From: a bacterium
GTDB lineage: Bacteria > Electryoneota > Electryoneia > Electryoneales > Electryoneaceae
DNA length: 64,000 nucleotides
NCBI GenBank assembly: GCA_963669175.1
Contig: OY769902.1
Span: 128,001 to 192,000 of the forward strand
Direction of reading: 5' to 3'
The translations under genes were made by a program, and so were the position numbers. Position 1 is the stretch's first letter. Every line of letters starts with the position of its first letter. A model generated the notes under the pieces. The model saw nothing but the letters and a program-made list of their open reading frames with translations. It was not told where the DNA came from and made no database searches. This document shows positions 19,448 through 30,106 of this stretch, piece by piece.

Positions 19448-20044
19448 ATGACGTTCCAGGAATTTACTGCACTGGTCACCCAGACACGCACCATACGCCG
19501 TTTCAGGGAAGATCAGCCCATTTCACTTGAAACCCTGCATGAGCTTATTGACCTCGCGCGAGTTTCGCCATCCGGCAAAAACGCCCAGCCGATCCGTTTC
19601 ATCACCGTCACCGGCCCCAAAGCTCGAACCGAAGTGTTCGAACAGGTTGCCTGGGCGGGTGCGATCAAGGACTGGCCGGGGCCGGCTGAAGGCGAACGTC
19701 CCACAGCATATATCGTCATGCTCGAAGACAAGCAGGCCTATGGCGCCACTGTCCTGGAAGATGTCGGCATTGCGGCGCAGGTGATCATGCTGGGAGCGCG
19801 AGTTCTTGGCCTGGGTTGCTGCATGCTGGGATCAGTGAAACGTGAACATCTGCGAGCAACCTGGAACCTCCCGGAACATTACCGCATCCAACTTGTACTC
19901 GCATTGGGCGCTCCTGCGGAATATGTGCAACTGGAACCAATGCCCGAAAAGGGCAATGTCGATTACTGGCGTGATGTTGAAGGATTGCACCACGTCCCCA
20001 AGCATGACCTTGGCACCCTGATCCTCGAAGAAAAAACCGATTGA
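19448..20044 (+). CDS. Nitroreductase family protein
   Basis: RTIRRF, SPSGKNAQP, DVGIAAQVIMLGA, GLGCCMLG; ATG 19448 follows ggaga. Confidence 0.92.
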   Translation: MTFQEFTALVTQTRTIRRFREDQPISLETLHELIDLARVSPSGKNAQPIRFITVTGPKARTEVFEQVAWAGAIKDWPGPAEGERPTAYIVMLEDKQAYGATVLEDVGIAAQVIMLGARVLGLGCCMLGSVKREHLRATWNLPEHYRIQLVLALGAPAEYVQLEPMPEKGNVDYWRDVEGLHHVPKHDLGTLILEEKTD

Positions 20045-20051
20045 GGCGACG

Positions 20052-21752
20052 ATGAGCAAACAATTGATCCAACCGGCCGGCGGAAAACTGGTCAACCTGT
20101 TCCGGAACAACCGGGACATCGAGACGACGAAACGTGAATCCCTGGACTGGCCCAATTGGACATTGACTTCACGCCAGATCCGTGATCTGGAACTCCTCAG
20201 TAACGGCGGCTATTCTCCACTTGAAGGCTTCCTGTCACGCAAGGATTATGAATCCGTCCTCGATACACTTCATCTTGCCGATGGTACTTTCTGGCCGATG
20301 CCGATCATGCTGGATATAACCGAAGATCTGGCGACATCACTGAAGAAGGGCGACAAACTTGCCCTACGTGATACTGAAGGCGCAATGTTGGCCGTGGTGA
20401 CCGTTGCGGAAACCTGGCAGCCCGATCTGGACCATGAAGCAAAAGCCATTTTCGGCACATGCGACCAGAACAATGAAGCTGTACGTCAGTTCTTCAGCGA
20501 GACCAACCCCTGGTATCTCGGTGGCGTCCTCGATGTCATGCAGGAACCGATTCATTATGATTTCCTGCCTCTGCGTCATTCCCCGTCGGAACTGCGCAAC
20601 CTGTTCAGACGTATGGGTTGGCGTCGTGTGGTCGCTTACCAGGCGCGCCGTCCCATGCACCGTGCCGAAGTGCGCATGTGCTTCAAGGCTTCCGAGCAGA
20701 CCTCGGCCAATGTGCTGGTACATGCCATTGCCAACCGTCGTGAAGGGGCCGAGCAGGAGCATTTCTCTCGCATACGCAGTTTGCAGGCGTTGATGCCACG
20801 TTTCCCGCGTGGGCTCGCCATGCTGTCGCTGATGCCCTACCATGTGCGTCATGGCGGCGCTCGTGAGACCCTGTTGAGCGCATTGGTCCACCAGAACTAC
20901 GGGTGCAGCCACATGGTCCTCGGCCCGGAGCAGGCGGATTGCGATGTGGATGCCATGATGCCGACGGTCAAACAGTTCAAAGACGAACTAGCTATCGAAA
21001 TCCTGTCCATGCGGCCCATGGTATACGTGGAAGATGAAGCCACCTTCAAGGAAGAACATCTCGTTTCACCTGACGAAGCCCGGCGCACCCTGACCGAGAC
21101 CCAACTGATCCAGCGCCTGCGTGATGACCGTTTCATCCCCGAATGGTTCTCTTACCCGGAAGTGCTGGACGAACTGCGGCTGGTACACCGTCCACGCTCC
21201 CGCCAGGGAATTACCGTGTTCTTCACCGGGCTGTCCGGCTCAGGGAAATCTACCCTCGCCAACGCCCTGATGGTCAAGCTGATGCAACTGGGCAACCGTC
21301 CGGTTACGCTCCTTGACGGCGATATTGTCCGCAGCAACCTGTCCAGCGAGCTGGGATTTTCACGTGAGCATCGTGACCTGAACATCAAACGGATCGGCTT
21401 TGTCGCCAGCGAAATCACCAAGAACGGTGGCGTGGCTTTGTGTGCGCCGATTGCGCCGTACGATGAGATCCGGAAATCGGTCCGTGACACCATCGAAGCG
21501 GTCGGCGGGTTTATCCTGGTGCATGTCGCCACACCGTTGGAAGAATGCGAGAAACGTGACCGGAAAGGCCTCTACGCCAAAGCTCGCGCCGGGATCATCA
21601 AAGCCTTCACTGGCATCTCCGATCCCTACGAAGAACCGGCCGACGCCGAGCTGGTCATCGATACCACCGACCTGTCCCAGGTGGAAGCCACCCAGAAAAT
21701 CATGCTCTATCTCGAACAGCAGGGCTATATCAGTTCGGAAAGTGTGGGGTAG
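20052..21752 (+). CDS. cysC: Fused ATP sulfurylase-like domain / adenylylsulfate kinase (sat-cysC); sulfurylase motifs degenerate
   Basis: N-terminal DLELL.NGGYSPLEGF and WPMPIMLD; C-terminal FTGLSGSGKST, LDGD, RDRKGLY, FTGISDPYEEP. Confidence 0.9.
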   Translation: MSKQLIQPAGGKLVNLFRNNRDIETTKRESLDWPNWTLTSRQIRDLELLSNGGYSPLEGFLSRKDYESVLDTLHLADGTFWPMPIMLDITEDLATSLKKGDKLALRDTEGAMLAVVTVAETWQPDLDHEAKAIFGTCDQNNEAVRQFFSETNPWYLGGVLDVMQEPIHYDFLPLRHSPSELRNLFRRMGWRRVVAYQARRPMHRAEVRMCFKASEQTSANVLVHAIANRREGAEQEHFSRIRSLQALMPRFPRGLAMLSLMPYHVRHGGARETLLSALVHQNYGCSHMVLGPEQADCDVDAMMPTVKQFKDELAIEILSMRPMVYVEDEATFKEEHLVSPDEARRTLTETQLIQRLRDDRFIPEWFSYPEVLDELRLVHRPRSRQGITVFFTGLSGSGKSTLANALMVKLMQLGNRPVTLLDGDIVRSNLSSELGFSREHRDLNIKRIGFVASEITKNGGVALCAPIAPYDEIRKSVRDTIEAVGGFILVHVATPLEECEKRDRKGLYAKARAGIIKAFTGISDPYEEPADAELVIDTTDLSQVEATQKIMLYLEQQGYISSESVG

Positions 21753-22040
21753 AACCAGTGGACAGTTTCATCTAATGTGAGTGATACTGCTTGTCACCCC
21801 CTGACCGGCATCGCAGGTCAAAACAGTGATGCAGTTTCAACGTGTATTGCCATCAAGAGTGGATCGGGACTGAGTCGAGAGTTGTGCTTATGTAAGAGAG
21901 TGAAGCCTTTTCCCGATGCTCTCAAGAGTGTAGGTGCGAATGGCTACTTAAGAGGGAGTATTAAGCTTCACAGAGAGTGGAAACTGTATCGCGTTCGCAT
22001 CGGGCCACCCGCCCTTCTATCATTATAATATAAATATTAG

Positions 22041-24263
22041 TTACATTGGGCTAATATCTTTGCGTTTTAACCTCTTCATTACCTTGTCTTCTGCTATAAT
22101 ATGTAAATATCCCACAGCCCGTGAAGCACCAACGTATATTTGTTTTTCTATCTCATCACTCATGGTAATAATAAATAGTATTATTCCATCTGATTCCATC
22201 CCTTTATACATCTCTATTGTATATATTGGTATCATATTATGCTTTTTTTTGTTTTCATGAAAGATTGGTAATACATTGTTATTCTGTGTTATATTTTTAA
22301 TATCTATTGACCATTTATATCCTGAATAATATTCTATTCTTTCTTGTAGCGTTGTTTCTCTTTGAATAATAATTGGTTTTTCTTCGCTTTTATATTGCCT
22401 CTTAACAGTTGTTTCGCTAAATATCTCAACTTTATTTTCCTTTAATATCATTTTATAAGTACTATTATTTCTAGTTTTACCATATATTTTTATTAATATT
22501 TTTGATATGTTGTTTATTTCTTGTATATCCGACTCTGAAGGTGTTGTTCCTTGAGACAATAAAGGAATTTTTAAATATTTATTAATATGTTCTCTTTTAG
22601 ATATGCCATATTTGTCATAAATATCATGCTTTATTTTATTTTTCAAAATTGTGTTCATACCTATTTGCTTTAAACTAAGCTTTTTATTGCTTGTATCATA
22701 TCTATTGTATTTGATTGTATTGTTATAAATGTCATTTATTTCCTTATCTATTTTATCAATTACAATTTTTTTCATGTCGTTTATGTCATCAGTGATAAAC
22801 TTCTGCCAAGTATCCTTTGGTATATAAACATTATCCAATTTAAGCAATATGCTATTTTCAATGCTTGGTTCGTTCGTTAATATCTTTATATTATCATAGC
22901 GTATGTATTTTTTTATTTCTTCAATCGATTCCTCTATTATATTGTTAATGTTATCAAGCTTATTGAAAGAACTAATTTTAACAATACCTTCATCTTCAAG
23001 CATTTTATTAGTAGATGGCGCATTTTTGTTAAATCTACGAACAATATCAAATATCTTACCTGCGTTACGGCAATTTTTTGAAATGATCATAGGATCGTTA
23101 TTGATAAGCATAATTTTTCTTAAAGGCAATAAAGACTGTATGTCATCATAAAATATATATAACATAGCATCATTGTTGTTATCAATAAGTGCCTCAATAA
23201 TACACCACCAACTGTATCTAAAATCCTGTCCTTCATCGACTATAATAGCATCATATTTCAAATGATTATTTTTATATATTTTATTGATCGCTGTATAAAT
23301 GTCTTCATCGGTAGGTTCAATTTTATTATTCCAAAAAGAATTGTAGATAAATTCCTTATTAATCAATCTGTAAATATAATTTGTGATATCAAAAACATCA
23401 ATATCAGTAAGACTAGTCATGTTACGTATATAGCAAGAAAGCAAAGGGTTATGACATAACAATAATGTTTTAATACCAGCATTGTCAAGTCTTAATGCCT
23501 TTTCAGTTGCAACAAGAGTTTTACCTGACCCAGCACATCCAGAAATAAGTGCTTTTTTAGTATATCTAAAACAATGCATCATGTTGTATTGTTCATTGGT
23601 CAAGTAATCAACATTTTTTCTTATTGTGTCCATAAATGATGTAATAGAATAAGAAAAACGATCGCTTTCAGGGTTTAGTAATTCTTCATAAATAATATTT
23701 CTGAAATCATCCTTATCGAACATAATATCGGAAAGTGAATTAATAAGGGAAGATTTAAAATTATCAAGGTCAGTTTTGCTAGGTATAGAAGCTCTAAAAT
23801 TTTGTAAATATTTTATTATATAAATTAATCCTTCTTCTTTAGTTAATGTATTGTAAAATAATAATTCATATTGATTAAGGCAATCACTTATTATAGAAGA
23901 GGCCAATCTAATATTGTTAACATTGTATTCTGTCATAAATCTATCAGTAAAAGATTGTTTAAATTCATCACGATTAAAATCCTTAATATCTAAATAATTA
24001 ACATCTGTAATAGATTTAATAATATTAAAAAGTTTGTGCTTGTCTTTAGAAACTTCTTCAATTACTAAATTGATATCATTCTTGCCAAAATCATCAACAC
24101 TAGCAAAATTGTGTTTTAGAGCTGAAATGAAAGAATTAAAGAAATGATCTTCGAAAACAGTGAGGTCATGAGAAGAAAGCTTATTTGCTAAAAAACCAGC
24201 ATGAAGACTAGCTAAAAAACTCAAAGGATAACCGAGTAGTAAAGAAAGGATTTGAAGGTCCAT
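22041..24263 (-). CDS. AT-rich superfamily-1 helicase-like ATPase with uncharacterised N-terminal domain
   Basis: Walker A GCAGSGKT, Walker B IIVDEGQD, YDDIQS, NCRN, C-terminal YKGMESD and YVGASRA; ATG 24263 preferred over 24317. Confidence 0.8.
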   Translation of the reverse strand: MDLQILSLLLGYPLSFLASLHAGFLANKLSSHDLTVFEDHFFNSFISALKHNFASVDDFGKNDINLVIEEVSKDKHKLFNIIKSITDVNYLDIKDFNRDEFKQSFTDRFMTEYNVNNIRLASSIISDCLNQYELLFYNTLTKEEGLIYIIKYLQNFRASIPSKTDLDNFKSSLINSLSDIMFDKDDFRNIIYEELLNPESDRFSYSITSFMDTIRKNVDYLTNEQYNMMHCFRYTKKALISGCAGSGKTLVATEKALRLDNAGIKTLLLCHNPLLSCYIRNMTSLTDIDVFDITNYIYRLINKEFIYNSFWNNKIEPTDEDIYTAINKIYKNNHLKYDAIIVDEGQDFRYSWWCIIEALIDNNNDAMLYIFYDDIQSLLPLRKIMLINNDPMIISKNCRNAGKIFDIVRRFNKNAPSTNKMLEDEGIVKISSFNKLDNINNIIEESIEEIKKYIRYDNIKILTNEPSIENSILLKLDNVYIPKDTWQKFITDDINDMKKIVIDKIDKEINDIYNNTIKYNRYDTSNKKLSLKQIGMNTILKNKIKHDIYDKYGISKREHINKYLKIPLLSQGTTPSESDIQEINNISKILIKIYGKTRNNSTYKMILKENKVEIFSETTVKRQYKSEEKPIIIQRETTLQERIEYYSGYKWSIDIKNITQNNNVLPIFHENKKKHNMIPIYTIEMYKGMESDGIILFIITMSDEIEKQIYVGASRAVGYLHIIAEDKVMKRLKRKDISPM

Positions 24264-24279
24264 AGAATTCCTAAAGTAG

Positions 24280-24320
24280 AAAAAGATATTGGGGTGTTGT
24301 AAAAACAACAACCCCAATAT
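24280..24320 (-). terminator. Intrinsic terminator after fumC
   Basis: Hairpin atattgggg...ccccaatat (24286-24320) followed by a T-tract on the minus strand. Confidence 0.7.
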
Positions 24321-24333
24321 AAAAAGTAAAATG

Positions 24334-25722
24334 CTACTTCGGTCCCACCATATTTTCCGGGCGGACTTTATCGTCGAACTCTTCGGCGGTCAGCAGGCCC
24401 AGGGCGATAGCGGCTTCTTTAAGAGTCGTGTTTTCAGCGTGGGCTTTTTTGGCGACCTTGGCGGCGTTGTCGTAGCCGATGTGTGGGTTCAGGGCTGTGA
24501 CCAGCATCAGGCTTTCACGCATGAGCTGTTCGATACGCGCTGTATTCGGTTCGATCCCCACCACGCAATTGTCGGTGAAGCTCACAGCCGCGTCACCGAT
24601 CAGGCGGATGGACTGCAGCAGGTTGAAGATCATGACCGGTTTGAAGACGTTCAGCTCAAAGTGACCGGTTGCGCCGCCGATGTTAATCGCAACGTCATTG
24701 CCCATGACTTGCGCGGCGACCATGGTCATCGCTTCGGACTGGGTCGGATTGACTTTGCCGGGCATGATGGAGCTGCCGGGCTCGTTGGCGGGCAGGTTCA
24801 GTTCGCCGATACCGCAACGTGGGCCGCTGCCCAGCATACGGATATCGTTGGCGATCTTCATCATACTGGCCGCACAGGTCTTCAACGCGCCGGAGGCCAT
24901 CACGATGGCGTCATGAGCGGCCAGCGCTTCAAACTTGTTCGGGGCGGTCACGAAGGGCAACCCGGTAATATCTGCAATGGCGGCAGCGGACTTGACGGCA
25001 AAATCTCTATGCGTGTTCAGCCCGGTACCGACAGCCGTTCCACCCAGCGCCAGTTCATACAGGTCGCCGAGGACCGCTTCAAAACGCTCCAGTGACTTGG
25101 TCATCTGGTGGGCGTAGCCGCTGAATTCCTGTCCCAGCGTGAGCGGAACCGCATCCATCAGGTGGGTACGTCCGATCTTGATGATGCTGTTGAACTCGTC
25201 GCTCTTGGCCTGCAAGGCATCACGCATCTTGGTGACACTCGGGATCAGGTGATGATAGAACCGTTCCGCCGCGGCGATGTGCATGCCGGTGGGGAAGGTG
25301 TCGTTGGAAGACTGCGCTTTGTTGACATCGTCGTTGGGGTGGATGGGTTTCTTGCTGCCCATGACACCGCCGGCCAGTTCGATGGCACGGTTGGCGATGA
25401 CTTCGTTGGAATTCATGTTGGTCTGTGTGCCGGATCCGGTCTGCCACACGACCAGCGGGAAATGGCTGTCGAGCTTGCCTTCGATGACCTCATCGGCGGC
25501 CTTGACAATCAGGTCGGCCTTTTCTTTCGGAAGGGTGCCGAGTTCGGCATTGGTCAGCGCTGCAGCTTTCTTCAAGATACCGAGCGCACGGATTAATTCG
25601 CGCGGCATGGTCTCGCCGCCGATCTTGAAATTCTGCAGGCTTCGAGCGGTCTGGGCGCCCCAGTACCGATCGGATGGGACCTGCATTTCGCCCATGGTAT
25701 CTTTTTCAATCCGGTAATCCAT
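24334..25722 (-). CDS. fumC: Fumarate hydratase class II
   Basis: [11 protein letters not shown] start, [38 protein letters not shown] signature. Confidence 0.97.
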   Translation of the reverse strand: MDYRIEKDTMGEMQVPSDRYWGAQTARSLQNFKIGGETMPRELIRALGILKKAAALTNAELGTLPKEKADLIVKAADEVIEGKLDSHFPLVVWQTGSGTQTNMNSNEVIANRAIELAGGVMGSKKPIHPNDDVNKAQSSNDTFPTGMHIAAAERFYHHLIPSVTKMRDALQAKSDEFNSIIKIGRTHLMDAVPLTLGQEFSGYAHQMTKSLERFEAVLGDLYELALGGTAVGTGLNTHRDFAVKSAAAIADITGLPFVTAPNKFEALAAHDAIVMASGALKTCAASMMKIANDIRMLGSGPRCGIGELNLPANEPGSSIMPGKVNPTQSEAMTMVAAQVMGNDVAINIGGATGHFELNVFKPVMIFNLLQSIRLIGDAAVSFTDNCVVGIEPNTARIEQLMRESLMLVTALNPHIGYDNAAKVAKKAHAENTTLKEAAIALGLLTAEEFDDKVRPENMVGPK

Positions 25723-26182
25723 CGCCTTCGTCCTCCCGTATAAGTTGAAACGACTGGCACACACTAAAAGTGGATCAGTCTGACTTGACCAATGCACACA
25801 GCATGTCGGTTTCCGAATCGTGCCGCTCCCCGGCAAGGGAAAAAGCACGGTTATCCATGTGCAATGATCCACGATACTTGCGAACCTGCAATATCGGAAA
25901 TGTTGCTGTACTACGCCACTGCTGGCCTCCAGAGAAAGTTCCGCTCTCAATAATTAATCGCAATTATTCCTGTTGATTTCCTTTGGGATTTTGTAGATTC
26001 TTTCAGGAATTACAGGGAACGCAACCTGACTTTTCCTGAGACACGGCTTCCTGAAACACGATTGCTTTTCCTGCTATCCCTGACCGTACGCGGCGAGTGA
26101 CAACAATGCGGTATCATGGGATGTCCAATTCAGCATTTTCTGAAGTTGACATACGATCGGGTAAAACCTTGTAGGAGGTAGC

Positions 26183-27385
26183 ATGCGCGCCTTTGTGATG
26201 AGTTGTATGCTGGGGGTAATGCTTATCGGGCTGTTTGTTCCGGTGGCGTTGGCAGGTGAAGTAACTTCGAAGTATGATGTCAATTTTTATGGTTTCCTCA
26301 AGTTCGAAACCTTCTATGACAACTCCCTGGTGAAACAGGGCGACTGGTTATTGTACTGCATGCCGGATGATCCCAATGCGGATGATAAGGTATTCAGCAT
26401 GAATGCCCGCCACAGCCGTATCGGGTTTGACTTCACCGGCCCGGCCGGGGATGGTCTGGATGTGAAAGCCAAGTTGGAAGCGGATTTCGCCGGTGGATTC
26501 CCCAATAGTTCCACAGCAGCACGTCAGCCGATCCTGCGCCTGCGTCATGCCTGGGTACAACTGGGCAATGACAAGTGGGAGGCACGTTTCGGTCAGGACT
26601 GGGCTCTGATCGCCGGTCCCTTCCCGAACACGACTTCGTTTGTGGTTGGTGCGGGAAAGGGCAACCTGTGGATGCGTTACCCGCAGGCGCGTTTCACCTA
26701 CAAGATGAACCCGTTGAAGATGGCGGTCAGCGTGAACCGTCCCATGGCCGGTAACATCAAGTACAACGACAATACCGGCGGCGATTTTGACATGGTCGGT
26801 GATGGTGAATTGTCCGGCCTGCCCTGGTTCATGGGGCGTGTCTGGTACACCATGGGCGCCACCACTTTCTCCGTTTCCGGGCATACAGGTGTAGAGAAGA
26901 TCAAGGACCTGGCAGGTGATCCGCATGATATGACCAGCTATTCGGCCAATGTTGACGTGGTGACCAAGGTCGGTCCGTTTGCGATCACCCTGCGTGGTTT
27001 CATGGGCGAGAACCTGAACAGCTTCTTCGGCGGTGTCTTTCAGGGCTATGTCGCCGGCGCCAATGATGTGACCAACATTGCCTCCATGGGCGGCTGGGGC
27101 CAGGTGATGTATACCATGAACGAATCCTGGAAACTGGGTGTCGGCGGCGGATTTGATGATCCCGACGAAGCGGACCTCGCCGATTGCGATATCGCCAACG
27201 ACAAGTACTCCCGGGATCGAAACGACTGGTTCTTCGGCAATGTAACCTATACCTACAACCCGGCCGTCTCTTTCATGCTGGAAGGGGAATACCTGAAAAC
27301 GTCCTACATGGATGACGTCTCCGGCGCGGCAGTCGATCCAGGGGATAACCTGCGGATCATGTTCGTGACCTATTATAAGTTCTAG
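26183..27385 (+). CDS. Outer-membrane beta-barrel porin (DcaP-like)
   Basis: aggagg RBS, signal peptide, FYGFLK, ARHSRIG, LEADF, LRLRHAW, GQDW, C-terminal YKF. Confidence 0.8.
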   Translation: MRAFVMSCMLGVMLIGLFVPVALAGEVTSKYDVNFYGFLKFETFYDNSLVKQGDWLLYCMPDDPNADDKVFSMNARHSRIGFDFTGPAGDGLDVKAKLEADFAGGFPNSSTAARQPILRLRHAWVQLGNDKWEARFGQDWALIAGPFPNTTSFVVGAGKGNLWMRYPQARFTYKMNPLKMAVSVNRPMAGNIKYNDNTGGDFDMVGDGELSGLPWFMGRVWYTMGATTFSVSGHTGVEKIKDLAGDPHDMTSYSANVDVVTKVGPFAITLRGFMGENLNSFFGGVFQGYVAGANDVTNIASMGGWGQVMYTMNESWKLGVGGGFDDPDEADLADCDIANDKYSRDRNDWFFGNVTYTYNPAVSFMLEGEYLKTSYMDDVSGAAVDPGDNLRIMFVTYYKF

Positions 27386-27414
27386 GTCGCCTCTATATGT
27401 CTTGTTGAAACATC

Positions 27415-27450
27415 AACCACCCTGCTGTCTCTTCGGCGGGGTGGTTTTTG
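27415..27450 (+). terminator. Intrinsic terminator after porin gene
   Basis: aaccaccctgctg...cggcggggtggtt followed by T-rich tract. Confidence 0.7.
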
Positions 27451-27510
27451 TTGTATTCACAGGATGGACAGGATGATAAGGAATGAACAGGATAAGGGAT
27501 TTTTCTGTTA

Positions 27511-27680
27511 TTGGCGGGGGAGCCTGTAGGTTTCCAGCAGTTCTGTACATGAACGTATGGCCCGATTTGCCGGATGTGTAGCATGATACTCTCGAAATGT
27601 TGACAACATTTGTGGGGTGTCGTCTTGTGATGTGAATGACGAGCAAGTCGGGATTGTGGGAGCCTGGGTGACCTGATGCA
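27511..27680 (+). repeat. Dispersed intergenic repeat (family B), copy 2
   Basis: Aligns with 2790-2962. Confidence 0.8.
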
Positions 27681-27811
27681 ATTGTCCTGCAACAGCGCGG
27701 CGCCTCTTCTCTTGTTCAGATTCAAATATCTCGTAGCATGACTTGTTTTTAGTTTCGAGTCCAATCTAGTTTATATATGAGGTCTAATAAAAAGAATGAT
27801 GGGAGACGGAT

Positions 27812-30106
27812 ATGTCGAGAATTCGTTTGTTGCTTATTACAGCGCTGTTTCTTGCCAGCACACCGGTTTTCGCTCAAGACAGCCTGAACATCAGCTCGGT
27901 CAGCACGTTCATGAATTACTGGGGCGAACCGGCCAGTATTGCTGTTGTTGGTGATATTGCCTATGTAGGTGTTCTCAATCATGGACTCGCCGTGTTGGAT
28001 ATCTCCAACCCCACAGCACCCCGGGAAATCCGGACAGTGATTCCAGCCAAGGATGTTTACGGCCTGCAAATCAACCAGAATTTTCTCTACGCTGCTTGTC
28101 ATACTGACGGCCTGCTTGTCCTTGATATCAGTACTCCTGAGAGTCCGCAGTACCTGAATACGGTCACCCCTGAAGCGTATCCACATGAGCTTTGGATGGA
28201 ACAGGGGTACCTGCTGTGCAAAGGAATGCATAGCTGGTCGGGAATTGGAAATGGCGGATACTCTCTTCCTTTTTACGTATATGACTTGACAGATCCATCC
28301 TGTCCCGTAGAAATAGACCATATTCCCTATGAAACCAGCCGTCAGAATCCTTGTGAGTGGATGGATGCGACCTTTCTGGACAGCACAACTTTGCTTCATG
28401 GAGAAGGATACTGGGCGTCTGTGTATTCGTTATCAGAGGATGGATTTGTAAGTCTTGGTGAATGGCCAGCCAGGTTTTATTCAAACACAATGGCTGCTAT
28501 GGATACATTCCTGTTTATTCAAGAAGATGGTTATCTTCAGGTAATATCTGTTTCTGACCGGCAGAATCCAGAATTGATCACAGTTGTTGAGAATGAGGGC
28601 TATTGCGATCGGATGCGGGTGTCAGGAGATACACTGGTAGTGGCTAATTTCGGCTATAGTCCATACGTCGGTATCAGTATCTTTGATATCAGTGATCCCA
28701 CCAATCTGCAGAGAATTTGTAACTTCGAGATGGCTGAGCATATCAATGATTACGCTATCCAAAACGACACACTCTTTACTGTCAGGCATATTAACAATGG
28801 GACAGATAGAATGGCCATCTGGGCACACAATGACCAGAACGAATTCACATTTCTTGGCGAGTATTCGGATCCTGGCGGGGCATTAGCGCTGGCTGCCTAC
28901 GATACTCTGCTGTATGTTGCGAAAGGAATTAACGGTTGTTCCATCGTGTCACTGGCTGATCCCGAACACCCGCAGATTATCAATGAAATCCAACCGCCTG
29001 TACAAGATACCGAGTGTATTTTTGTTAAGATTGAAGATGATTACCTCTTTCTTCTGACCTCCCTTGATTCCAATGGCTATCTGCACATATACACGTTAAC
29101 TCAGCCCGATGCACCTGAATTTCAATGTAGTCTAACTATTAACATAAACAATGCATTACAAACACTTGACTATTGTTCCTTCAATGGTGACAGTCTGCTT
29201 GCGGTAATGAAATACAACGGTGAAAGTTATGTGTCTATTCTGAATATTGCGGACCCTCAGAATCCGGAATTCTGTTCAACGATTCCAGGTCTGGGCTTTG
29301 GAATTGTTGAAGGAAATCGCTTCTATAATGCAGCCTACGGTATCAGAATCTGGGACATTTCGGATCCGTATACCCCAGAACAAATAAATGTCTATGCTGA
29401 TGAGTTTTATGGCGATCCTGTTGTCTATCATGGGATACTGTTTGAAACCGGATGCTGGGCGTTCAGCGAGCCGGCATTCCAGATTTTCGACTTACGTGAT
29501 CCGTCAAACCCAACCAGGATTTACCGTCGCTACCATACATATTTGGGTATTCGAGGGATGTGGAGTCATTTCCTGCTGACAACTGAATATGACACGACGG
29601 GTACATACCATCGTATTGTCATCAAGGACGTCTTCCAACCTTCAGCTCCTCACAATAGTGGCTCTTATCGTTCCCCCTATATAATGAGTGAGCTAGAGGT
29701 AGTGGGGGAAAACTACCTGGTAGGTGCAGCCCGAAGTAACTCGACTCCCTATCGCTACGTACAGGTTTTCGAAGCCGGGGAAGCGCTGGGGGTGGAAGAA
29801 GATCCTGTTTCAGATGGGGTGATGCCTTCCGGTTTCGCCATCGAATCGATCTACCCCAACCCGTTCAACAGCGCCACGACAATCCGTTACACTCTGCCGG
29901 AAACCGGAGATGTGCGTGTCGGTGTCTATACGGTTACCGGGCAGGAAGTATTTTCGCAAACCTTGTCGGGAAGGAATTCCGGGGCGCACCTGTGGTCGTG
30001 GGCAGGTTCCGGATCAGACGGCAGTACACTTGCATCCGGCATGTACTTCATCCGAATGGAGTGGGAAGGACAGACACAAGCTGTAAAAGTCTTGCTGCTG
30101 AAATAA
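27812..30106 (+). CDS. Secreted LVIVD-repeat (beta-propeller) protein with T9SS-type C-terminal domain
   Basis: Signal peptide; repeated GLAVLDISNPTAP, GLLVLDISTPESP, IFDISDPTN; YPNPFN...ASGMYF...VLLLK tail. Confidence 0.88.
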   Translation: MSRIRLLLITALFLASTPVFAQDSLNISSVSTFMNYWGEPASIAVVGDIAYVGVLNHGLAVLDISNPTAPREIRTVIPAKDVYGLQINQNFLYAACHTDGLLVLDISTPESPQYLNTVTPEAYPHELWMEQGYLLCKGMHSWSGIGNGGYSLPFYVYDLTDPSCPVEIDHIPYETSRQNPCEWMDATFLDSTTLLHGEGYWASVYSLSEDGFVSLGEWPARFYSNTMAAMDTFLFIQEDGYLQVISVSDRQNPELITVVENEGYCDRMRVSGDTLVVANFGYSPYVGISIFDISDPTNLQRICNFEMAEHINDYAIQNDTLFTVRHINNGTDRMAIWAHNDQNEFTFLGEYSDPGGALALAAYDTLLYVAKGINGCSIVSLADPEHPQIINEIQPPVQDTECIFVKIEDDYLFLLTSLDSNGYLHIYTLTQPDAPEFQCSLTININNALQTLDYCSFNGDSLLAVMKYNGESYVSILNIADPQNPEFCSTIPGLGFGIVEGNRFYNAAYGIRIWDISDPYTPEQINVYADEFYGDPVVYHGILFETGCWAFSEPAFQIFDLRDPSNPTRIYRRYHTYLGIRGMWSHFLLTTEYDTTGTYHRIVIKDVFQPSAPHNSGSYRSPYIMSELEVVGENYLVGAARSNSTPYRYVQVFEAGEALGVEEDPVSDGVMPSGFAIESIYPNPFNSATTIRYTLPETGDVRVGVYTVTGQEVFSQTLSGRNSGAHLWSWAGSGSDGSTLASGMYFIRMEWEGQTQAVKVLLLK

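Noticed and set aside
21780-24320. Integron cassette or retron around the helicase-like gene
   Set aside because: No convincing RYYYAAC/GTTRRRY pair, no integrase and no reverse transcriptase.
25723-25950. 76-aa N-terminal extension of FumC in the ORF track
   Set aside because: Family similarity begins at [11 protein letters not shown], which has a ggagg RBS.
27393-27764. ORFs 27393..27764, 27413..27646 and 2788..3165 sharing YTSGKSGH-like peptides
   Set aside because: They arise from the family B repeat, and the frames are not conserved between copies.
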